Shown here: positions 57,601 through 64,000 of the stretch, in pieces
Layout of the letters: each line of letters starts with the position of its first letter
Position numbering within the stretch: the first letter of the stretch is position 1
Assembly: GCA_028534125.1 (NCBI GenBank)
Contig: CM052818.1
Span: 45,882,001-45,946,000, forward strand
Length of the DNA stretch: 64,000 bases
Direction of reading: 5' to 3'
Source of the DNA: Lama glama
Lineage: Eukaryota
Notes under the pieces: model-generated
What the model was told of the DNA's origin: nothing
Database searches by the model: none
What the model saw: only the letters and a program-made list of their open reading frames with translations
Program-made: the position numbers and the translations under genes

Positions 57601-58234
57601 CAACTGACCAGCCCTAGCTGCCCCCTCTACAGACAGGCTTAATAGCAGAGTTCACAGGTTGTTATAAGTAGGAAATAAATTAATGGATAAGAAAACACTG
57701 TAATGTACAAAGACATAATGATAAGGAAGCATATTTCGAATACTCTCAATAGTCCTCAATCATTGTAACATTCCATCCTCCAAACCTCTAAACTACCTAC
57801 CACAACACATTAAAAACTCTCAACTAAGTACTAATAAAAAGAAATCTACCATCTTCTAAGGGCAATTTCAATTATTTCCCCTTAGACTATACCGTCTGAA
57901 TCAGGAAAACATTTTTATACATGGCCCAACATAACTTCAAAAGTTTTCCCTAAATCTAGTTTACAAATTTCCTTAACCCTTGTGTAAGCACTTGAGGACC
58001 GTTTACATTCTTGGAATTTGCGCACTGCCTGAGTGTTAAGAATGGATCAATTTTTTTGAGAACTGTGTCACATATTGGGCTGAAACTGCAATTTTTAAAA
58101 CACTAGCAAATTCACAGATGAGATCTGTTACTTACTTCTGTAACATTGTGGCAAGAAGTGCAATAATATTTGCCTTCATCAGTAAGACCCCAAGAGACAG
58201 CAGCACACTGAGTACAACGTTCTTTGAACTCTTT
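9429..58234 (-). CDS. TAF1B: TAF1B, TATA-box binding protein associated factor RNA polymerase I subunit B; spliced CDS, exons 2-15 visible, 5'-incomplete
   Basis: 14 exons with GT/AG ends join in frame (99+88+98+96+154+157+100+148+178+47+91+71+223+208=1758 nt). The product, [33 protein letters not shown]...KSRKVRKH*, is collinear with the human TAF1B protein as I recall it. Confidence 0.97.
10090..10705 (+). mobile_element. L1MC-like 3' end
   Basis: aatctatggactttatttggatt, ggggttcattacactgtgctctctactt, aattttccataat. Confidence 0.75.
12809..13031 (-). CDS. TAF1B: TAF1B exon 14 (223 nt)
   Basis: tttcag|AAATGG...CAAAAG|gtatgt; [16 protein letters not shown]...[11 protein letters not shown] (inside ORF 12778..13074). 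Confidence 0.96.
13576..13646 (-). CDS. TAF1B: TAF1B exon 13 (71 nt)
   Basis: gtgcag|GTATAT...GAAGAG|gtgagt; [23 protein letters not shown]. Confidence 0.95.
14680..15715 (-). mobile_element. L1MB/MC-type 3' region (antisense)
   Basis: Minus ORF 15437..15643 ([10 protein letters not shown]...[12 protein letters not shown]) resembles the L1 ORF2 C-terminus, followed by L1 3'UTR. Confidence 0.88.
17729..17819 (-). CDS. TAF1B: TAF1B exon 12 (91 nt)
   Basis: tttcag|ATAAGC...GGCAAA|gtatgt; [31 protein letters not shown]. Confidence 0.96.
19152..19562 (+). mobile_element. L1MA9/10-type 3'UTR with 11-bp target-site duplication
   Basis: aaactttcagctgtaagatgaataagctctgaggatct and A-rich tail; CAATGAACATA at 19141-19151 and 19563-19573. 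Confidence 0.85.
20376..20422 (-). CDS. TAF1B: TAF1B exon 11 (47 nt)
   Basis: ctccag|GTCTTT...AAGAAG|gtactt; [15 protein letters not shown]; phases fit both neighbouring exons. Confidence 0.93.
20998..21175 (-). CDS. TAF1B: TAF1B exon 10 (178 nt)
   Basis: caacag|ATGAAA...AGAATG|gtaagt; [60 protein letters not shown]. Confidence 0.96.
24384..24531 (-). CDS. TAF1B: TAF1B exon 9 (148 nt)
   Basis: tttcag|TCTTGG...TCCCTG|gtaagt; [49 protein letters not shown]. Confidence 0.96.
25430..26035 (+). mobile_element. L1ME/MC-type 3' region
   Basis: ttggcagtatttattaaagttgagc, agaatgttcacaacaacactat, gttagaagtcaggagagtg, ending in caataaaa. Confidence 0.8.
26125..26330 (-). mobile_element. CR1/L3 fragment
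   Basis: gagttggaaagacccttagaag ... aaagttctttcttattctaag ... aaatctgcttccc. Confidence 0.6.
29183..29358 (-). mobile_element. 5'-truncated camelid-type L1 3' tail with 18-bp target-site duplication (2 mismatches)
   Basis: T-tract plus gtttacaatgttgtgtcaatttctggtgtacagc; TTGGAAATACTAAAACTT at 29167-29184 versus TTGGAAACACTGAAACTT at 29359-29376. Confidence 0.85.
33270..36065 (+). mobile_element. Composite L1: old L1M 5' region/ORF1/ORF2 start, with a nested younger L1 ORF2 piece (about 34545-35240)
   Basis: A-rich sense L1 text: aatcaccaggcatgcaaagaagcagg, catcatactcaatggtgaaaa, gcaggatacaaaatcaatat, atagttggagatttcaatac. Confidence 0.88.
34852..34980 (+). mobile_element. Camelid Vic-like tRNA-derived SINE nested in L1
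   Basis: GGGGAGGAGGGTACAGCTCATTGGTAGAG (A box), GGTTCAATCCCCAG (B box), (TAAA)n and A-rich tail. Confidence 0.85.
37969..38068 (-). CDS. TAF1B: TAF1B exon 8 (100 nt)
   Basis: atacag|ATTTGT...ATAGAG|gtaagc; [33 protein letters not shown]. Confidence 0.96.
40065..40980 (+). mobile_element. L2 3' portion with a nested L1 3' end (40314-40467, 10-bp TSD)
   Basis: aaacataaatcagatcacgtc through to aatatttgtggaatgaat; CCAAACTCCC at 40304-40313 and 40468-40477. Confidence 0.82.
41135..41222. mobile_element. MER5-type hAT MITE fragment
   Basis: gaatttgcatttctaacaaattcccaagtgatgctgatactactggtcaggggaccacgctttgagaac. Confidence 0.8.
42310..42545 (-). mobile_element. MIR SINE
   Basis: aaccctctgaggtagatattatc, cattttactaatgaggaaacggagacagagagg, gagccaggattggaacccagg. 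Confidence 0.85.
43201..43357 (-). CDS. TAF1B: TAF1B exon 7 (157 nt)
   Basis: cttaag|AAATGG...TTTGAG|gtaagt; [53 protein letters not shown]. Confidence 0.93.
43800..44850 (-). mobile_element. L2a-like element (antisense)
   Basis: tcattcattccacaaatac start; gaaggtgacatctgagcagagacctgaatga; ttttgaacagaggagcaacatgatc. Confidence 0.88.
45319..45466. mobile_element. MER5-type hAT MITE
   Basis: cagtagctctcaaagt, agaaatgcaaa, taacaagccctccaggcgactctgatg. Confidence 0.75.
45550..46690 (+). mobile_element. Old L1 5' region (L1M/HAL-like)
   Basis: gacttgcagttaagacggcagactg start and aagctggaaagcaaatggac. Confidence 0.6.
47623..47776 (-). CDS. TAF1B: TAF1B exon 6 (154 nt)
   Basis: aattag|GTATTA...AATCAG|gtaaaa; [51 protein letters not shown]. 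Confidence 0.94.
48590..49500 (+). mobile_element. L2 ORF fragment interrupted by MER104
   Basis: Pyrimidine-rich L2 text: gatcactgccctcttctt, tggtttaaataccatcta, tatatctccagcccagac. Confidence 0.78.
49127..49307. mobile_element. MER104-like TcMar-Tc2 MITE with TA duplications
   Basis: tgaaatcaggatgtatctcacaatcaatggc ... caatggcattttagatttgatgattatactg; TA at 49125-49126 and 49308-49309. Confidence 0.72.
50162..50257 (-). CDS. TAF1B: TAF1B exon 5 (96 nt)
   Basis: ccttag|AATGAA...ACTGCG|gtaagt; [32 protein letters not shown]. Confidence 0.96.
51505..51682. mobile_element. MER5A-type hAT MITE
   Basis: cagtgtgg, cctgggaacctgctagagatgcagat, ttttaacaagccctcccc, aagtttaaaaaccactg. Confidence 0.8.
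52123..52220 (-). CDS. TAF1B: TAF1B exon 4 (98 nt)
   Basis: acttag|AGAAAG...TTAAAG|gtaagt; [33 protein letters not shown]. Confidence 0.96.
52705..52909 (+). repeat. Compound polypurine simple repeat (GAAA/GGAA/GGGA)n, about 205 bp
   Basis: Uninterrupted A/G tract read directly. Confidence 0.97.
54571..54658 (-). CDS. TAF1B: TAF1B exon 3 (88 nt)
   Basis: cttcag|AGATCT...AACTTG|gtaagc; [29 protein letters not shown]. Confidence 0.95.
56438..56539 (-). mobile_element. Short 5'-truncated camelid-type L1 3' tail with 12-bp target-site duplication
   Basis: T-tract plus aattgaagtgcagtcagtt...tggtgtacagcacaat; GAATGCTACATT at 56428-56439 and 56540-56551. Confidence 0.82.
57218..57450 (-). mobile_element. 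CR1/L3 ORF2 C-terminal remnant
   Basis: Translation [13 protein letters not shown]...[10 protein letters not shown] resembles the CR1 motifs HLEYCVQFWAPH...[10 protein letters not shown]. Confidence 0.72.
58136..58234 (-). CDS. TAF1B: TAF1B exon 2 (99 nt), zinc ribbon CTQC...CTSC
   Basis: ttacag|AAAGAG...ACAGAA|gtaagt; [33 protein letters not shown]. Confidence 0.96.
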
Positions 58235-59149
58235 CTGTAAGAGAAGAGGAAAACCATATTTAATACATTGTACTGAAATAAACCCTGAAATTCTATTTAG
58301 AGGGTTCCCTGCAATTTTACCCTACAATAAAGAATCATCGGAAACAGAAAATACATCAGAGAAATTATCTGTAAACAAGGGGAACAGCAGTTCGGTCTGA
58401 GCAGCTTGAAACTGAATTAAACTAATACATGTTTCTAAAATATATGGTGTGTGAGAGGAAAAAAAGAAGAAAAGGTGGTAAGGATAAAACGGGGGAAAAA
58501 AAGATAAGTAAATAAAACTTGGAAATGCTGTAAGGAAAAATGGTGACAAGATGTAACTACAGAGAAGACTTAAAACACAGAAATAGTACCATTTGGAACT
58601 TTCACCAGTACACTAAAAACACATACTTACCATAAAGGAACTAGAGTTTTATTAGGGTTGTTTCAAGTTTTGAGTTGTTCATTCAGCAATATAAGGAGAA
58701 CCAACCATATGTGAACTAAGCACTTATCTAGCTGCTGGGGATTCAGGAGTGAACAAAACAGACATGATCCCTACTCGTTGCTATACAGGCTAACGGTGCG
58801 TTCTAATTGTTCATTTCATTAATGTAGCATTTATAGACGTTAACCATTCATCATTCAATAAACAATTATTGAGCATCTACAGTGCGTAAGGCTTTCTATC
58901 ACCATAATGCTTCTGTACATACATAGACTGGCATAAATTACCGATTCCCAACTCTTTGGTGTTTGAAATCTTATTATTGTTGATCTAATTACCAAATATT
59001 CCTTTAATACCATCAAAGACTGGCATTTTATGCAGTGTGTCAAATTGCAAGCCAAATTTATTTCCACAAGCTGGTCAAGTTTTCATGACCCTATATTGAT
59101 AACTATCATAACCCTGGAGTATCATAATCCGAATCTGGAATCCCTGCAC

Positions 59150-59900
59150 AAGGCCGTGGATTGGATTCCCAGAGAGATCCGGGGGTGACTACCGGGCATT
59201 CTGGTTCCAAACCCGGTCTCCCTCGCCCAGCCTCCAGCATCAAAGGGAACCTGTGGGTGGTCCCGTCGAGAGAGGATGAGCCATATGGGTGGCTACCCCA
59301 CAAAACCCACAGCTTCATCCTCCTCCTGAAACACAAACTCCCCACCCTCCCTTCACCCACAACCTCACCTAGCCAGACACTCCAACCTCTTTCCCCAAAA
59401 CGCGCGCACCCGGGACCCGCCAGCCCCATCCCCTTCCCCAAGGCCAGCCTTCCGNNNNNNNNNNNNNNNNNNNNNNNNNNNNNNNNNNNNNNNNNNNNNN
59501 NNNNNNNNNNNNNNNNNNNNNNNNNNNNNNNNNNNNNNNNNNNNNNNNNNNNNNGGCCCTCCGGACGGAAACCAAACCCTGACTTTGGATTTCCGGCTCC
59601 TGCGGCCGCGGGAAGCTTCCGCTCGCTCCGGGATGAAGCTCCGCTAATCCTACATCCCCCTCCCGGACAGCATCCCTTTCCTAGTGGTGGTAACTAAAGC
59701 GCGGCAGTGGGAAAGTGGGCGGGGCCTCCTGCTGAGCGGATTCGGTCTTTCTGAGCGGTTCTGACAGCCATTCTTGCCCGGCAGGTCTCACTCTCTCAGG
59801 CTGCGGGGGCGGCGGCGGAGGCCGCCCCAGACTCTCCCCTCCGGCTCCTTTCTGGCCTTGGGGAGCAGCGGAGAGGCGCCGGGCTTTGGAGGGAAGAACC
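59150..59900 (-). promoter_or_regulatory. CpG-island promoter / exon 1 region of TAF1B
   Basis: Only strongly CpG-rich stretch in the window, about 1.2 kb 5' of exon 2. It contains GCGGCCGC (59602-59609), ETS-type CCGGAA on minus (59591-59596), E2F-like GCGGGAA (59608-59614) and GC box GGGCGGGGC (59717-59725). No obvious TATA box. Confidence 0.85.
59455..59554. other. Assembly gap (100 N)
   Basis: Run of exactly 100 N, a typical placeholder for a gap of unknown size. Confidence 0.99.
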
Positions 59901-60074
59901 GTTGTTGAGTTAGACCTGGCTGCCTAATCACGCCTTTTCTGCTTCTTTGTGCCTCCGTTTCCTCCTCTGTGAAAATTGGCTATTACCTGTGAGTCCCTTC
60001 TAACTGAGCCTCGAAGAGTGAATGCTCACTAAATTTAGCTTTGTTGTTGTCCCTTCATTGGGCACGTTCGTTTC

Positions 60075-60790
60075 TTGATTTATTCATTAAACAGGCGCTG
60101 TTTTAGATCCTGGCGATTCAGCAGTGAGCAAAACAAACACAAGTTTTTGCTTTCATGGAGATTATATTTTGGTGGAGAGAGATTTTAAAAATAAGTAAAA
60201 TGTGTGAAATGTTAAAGGGGCGTGAGTGCCAAGGAGAAGAATAAAGCACGAAAGGAGAATGAAAGCTATAAGGTGGTTTCAGTTTTAAATGGCGTGGTCA
60301 AAATGGTCTCACTGAGGTGAGCTTCGAAGCAAGGGAGCAAGAGCCGTGTTGGGAACATCATTCCAGGCAGAGGGAACAGTAAGTACCAAGGTCCTCGTCC
60401 TGAGCCTCATGCCTTATCATATCTCAGAAAGAGAAAAATGCAGATGCAGAAAAGAGAGGGACCATTTCAGGGGGCTCTCCCTGAGCAGGGGAGAGGGGAC
60501 GGGACCTGCAGCCCAAGCCGAGGGGTTGGCCTCGCGTAGACCACACATCTGTGACTTGAGAACGTGTGAGCAGACTCGGGCACTGGTGGGAATGCGGTGG
60601 AAGGGCTTTTCAGGTTGTTCTGGTGAGATGGGAAGGAAGTCATCAGCGGAACGTGGGAGTTGGGAGGGTTGGGCGGGGTCTGAGGAGGGATCAGAGGTGT
60701 AATATCTCTTGGAAACGGGGGAATTAAACCAGAAATGTAATAAATTGCCAGGCATCATCTGGGGCCCCCTGGACATCTGTGACCATAAAT
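60075..60790 (-). mobile_element. L2 fragments (antisense)
   Basis: cagcagtgagcaaaacaaac, catggagattatattttggtgg, cattccaggcagagggaacag. Confidence 0.7.
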
Positions 60791-60809
60791 ATAAAGATAA
60801 GGCCACTCA

Positions 60810-61630
60810 ACCCACTGACTCATACAACCGCTGACTTGGTTAAAACATCCCGTTTACCCCGAAGGAACAAATTAAGTGCATTCACAATTTCAAAAATATT
60901 TGCCAGGCAATATACTACCGACAGCCACTGGTCATCACGTGTCCAAATCTGGTATTTGCCTTTTTGTGTAAAAAGAGAAAAAGATAACTCATCTGTACCT
61001 CTGACAGTCCTTTTGAGCATTTTGCCGTGAGACATGCAACAAACTTCAACGTAGAACAAAGGACTTTGATGAATATTCAGCCCGTTACAGGTTATGGCAA
61101 CATTCCTGGGACATCTGAAAGGTCTTGTGTTTATAAAAGTAACTACACCTGTGGCATCCTGAGCATGTGCTCGCTTCCGCCTTCTACCTTTGCAGCCACT
61201 TGCTGCTGGTGAATGAGGCCTTGGATGGATTCTACCCATGCCACTGGAGGCAACCTTATTTCCGAGTTCTTTTGTTTTTCTAGTCAAAGCAGCCACTCCT
61301 TCAACGATTATGTGGATACAATTTTACCAAAACTATTGCTTTTATAAAAGAAATTATTTGCTGTTGAGAATATATGTTCCCCTATATATATGCATCTTCC
61401 TACCAGCAACTCCTCAAAAGTAATTCTTTCCTCATTTCATTTCTGAAACAACCTACTGACTACCATGAACAGGGACTCATTAGAAGCATCTGTATTTTAT
61501 CCAGCTGTATAGCAAACCTTCAAATTGAAAACCTGTGTGGTTTATTTTAATACTTGTTTCTTCTAAATTTTTAGCATTTTCCATATCTTCCAACAGTATT
61601 CGTTATCTGTAATTTCAGCCATATTTATCA
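60810..61630 (-). mobile_element. Decayed hAT-Charlie transposase fragment
   Basis: Minus-strand translation across frameshifts gives FAIQLD..TD (61499-61516), NCIHIIVEGVAALTRK, LIHQQQVAAK, VVTFINTRP, YVEVCCMSHGKMLKR and WLSVVYCLANIFEIVNALNLFLRG, in the motif order of Charlie/ZBED5/ZBED8-type transposases. Confidence 0.82.
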
Positions 61631-62900
61631 TGGCAGAATAATAGAAAACTAGTAAGTATAACTTTAGGGAGCAGATAGATGCTTAAAAAATATATACAGC
61701 TGCATTGGTATATACCATGACTGGGGTAGGGGTGAGTGGGCAGAATTTTTATAGGGTCATCAGGGAGACCGCTCTGAAGAAGGGCCAGGCCAGCCAAGAT
61801 GGCAATGCAATGAGAACCATGCAGGAATCTGGGGGACTGTATCCCAGGGAGAGCGACAAGGCCCTGAGGCAGAACCGGGCTTGGTGTGTTTGAGGAACAA
61901 AAGGAAGCCTGTGTGGCCAGAGGGTAATAGGTGAGAGGTAGAGTCGTTGGCCTCGGGGTCAGATGCTGGGCAAGGCCTGACTGCTGATTGCTCTAGGTCT
62001 CCTGGACCTACAGGGCCAGTAGTGGACCAGAACACCCATTCAGCCCACTCCACGCATTACACCAGGTGCCCTTTGGGTCCCACCTCCTGGCCACCGTGAT
62101 TGGCTCCTACCAGGGAAGGGGGAGGGGACTCTGGGTGGACCAACTGGAGACCATCCAGCCAGTGATGGCTGCTTTGCACTGCCCACTTACCCCGGGCCTG
62201 TGTTCAGGAATAACAGCCTTCATGGGATTTTGGCTCAGAGAGAGCTGGGGAGAGCCTGGGGGAGCGGAAAAATGAGGGCCGCACACAGGCTAGTCAGGCA
62301 CTTGGAGCTCCGCTGAAATAGCAGGTACTCCCACAACACGAGGAAGGCTGTGGAGGAAGGAAGGGCCCCAGGACTCCAGGGTGCAGCTTCGCCTTCTCAC
62401 TGTTCTTACTGAATTTCATTTCCATCTAAGGGCATATGTTACAAACCCATCACAAGCCTTCCAGTCAAGGGCATCAGCAGTGTTGGTCGTCTTAGTGAGT
62501 GAGAGCCCGTGAATGCATGGCCAGCCTTTTGTGAGCCAGGCACCAATCTAGGCCTGTTAACTCGTTTGAATATTGTCACCATCATCAGCCCCATTTTACA
62601 GACAAGAAAACTGAAACAAAGATTTTAAATTTCTGTAAGCGACTGAGCCAGGAGTCAAAACGGAGTAGCCTGGTGGAGAACAGTTTTGGCCGCCAGGCCA
62701 TGCCCGTTTCTGGAAGAATTGGGCTCAGCCTCATTAAATGTGGCACCCAAGACAGACCTCTGTGGCTCCTCCAGTAATAAAATGTTAACTATTAAGAACC
62801 TCAGATGTTTTGTAAGGGTCAGAAAATACAATTGTTTAAATATAATTGCTCTTAGTTCAACAGAAGCTGAGGGAAAAAATACCACAAACAATATTGTTTT

Positions 62901-63045
62901 GGGTTTTTTAATTTGGGATCTTTTTTTTTTTTTGGTAGGGGGAGAGGCAATTAGATTTTTTTTTTAATTGGCGGTGCTGGAGATTGAACCCAGGATCTCC
63001 TGCATGCTAGGCATGTGCTCTACCTCTGAGCTCTACCCTCCCCCC
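62901..63045 (-). mobile_element. Camelid Vic-like tRNA-derived SINE with perfect 14-bp target-site duplication
   Basis: Minus strand GGGGGGAGGGTAGAGCTCAGAGGTAGAG...GGTTCAATCTCCAG; AACAATATTGTTTT at 62887-62900 and 63046-63059. Confidence 0.9.
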
Positions 63046-63604
63046 AACAATATTGTTTTATTAAGAGAAATTCTCTATTTTGTGACCACAGGTTACCTAG
63101 TGGCTACTGGTTTAATGGGGAAGTTATTGGAAGAGTTTGATGCATTTCACTGGCAAATCATAGCTCCAATGGGGGCATTATTTAATTATTGAGAACGTAT
63201 CCAACAAAAGGTCACACGAAACCCACAAAAGACTTAGAAATTATTAGACTGATTTGATGAATGCTCTGTGTTACAACTTACATCATCTGTATGCAGTTTT
63301 ATTATAAAGATAAACAGATTTATTTAGAACATAGAAGGGGATATATTTTTAAATTTTGATTTACATAAAAACTTACACGTAAATATATATTCCCCTACCA
63401 GTTGTTCAATATGGGTATTTTGAATATTCCTTCGATGCCACAGTTACACATTTCAATTTAATTCTAAATGTGTTGAGAAGTCATTGAAGGATTTTGAACA
63501 GAGGAGTAACGTGGTCTAATTTACTCTTTAAACTGTCATTGAGGCTGGTGTATGGGGAACAGACCACAGAGCATATGGGTGAAATGAAGGTGGCTAATTG
63601 GAAG

Positions 63605-64000
63605 TGTCAACTGAAAAAAAAAAAGCACAACCTAAAGTTAGAATTATGATTTATTCAGTGGATATGCTGGGGACTTAAGCCCAGGAGACCCAGCTCAGAT
63701 AACTCTGAGGGACTGTTCCAAAGAGGTAAAAGGGGAGACAGGATATATAGAAGATTTTGCAAACAAACAAACAACAACCGAAAAAAAAAACAGTAGTCAG
63801 AACATCAAAAGATTACTGTTAATTAAAGAAAAACCAGAATCTCAAGTTAAAGAATTTAGCACCTTCCTATATATGGGAAGGGTCAAGAGTCTGGGCTCAT
63901 TGAGATCACTCCTTTGCTACATACCTTGACTACGTAGAGCCAGTATCCTGTTTTCTCCATCCTGAATCCCCTCAGGGTGCACCGTCGGGGAGTGGGTGGC
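63605..64000 (-). mobile_element. ERV1 LTR, MER41-like (cut by the window edge)
   Basis: Minus strand ends ...TTGACA with AATAAA about 45 nt before it; ctctgagggactgttccaaagagg and aagagtctgggctcattg resemble artiodactyl MER41-like LTRs. Confidence 0.72.

Noticed and set aside
59106..59697. 178-aa, 111-aa and 68-aa ORFs at the CpG island
   Set aside because: GC-rich and stop-poor, two of them read through the N gap, and none resembles a known protein
61990..62430. Possible old ERVL/MaLR LTR fragment (also near 39430-39670)
   Set aside because: Resemblance too weak to name a family or boundaries without a search
63861..63883. ACCTTCCTATATATGGGAAGGGT near-palindrome as a CArG or GAS site
   Set aside because: Seven A/T bases between CC and GG (CArG needs six) and the TTC-GAA spacing is wrong for GAS

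Overview
Mammalian genomic DNA, most likely a camelid (alpaca/camel), inferred from Vic-like tRNA-derived SINEs and camelid-type L1 3' tails. The window holds almost the whole TAF1B gene (RNA polymerase I SL1 subunit TAFI63, the TFIIB-like factor) on the minus strand. Coding exons 2-15 were traced by hand with GT-AG junctions and a continuous frame (1758 nt, 585 codons plus stop, 58234 to 9429). The short first coding exon with the ATG is not visible and most likely lies in the 100-N gap (59455-59554) inside the CpG-island promoter. The rest is intronic or intergenic DNA rich in L1, L2, MIR, CR1/L3, hAT and TcMar fossils. A decayed hAT-Charlie transposase and a MER41-like ERV1 LTR lie upstream of the promoter. 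I found no convincing undescribed biological system; findings are modest, checkable observations. Repeat families were recognised from memory and their boundaries are approximate.
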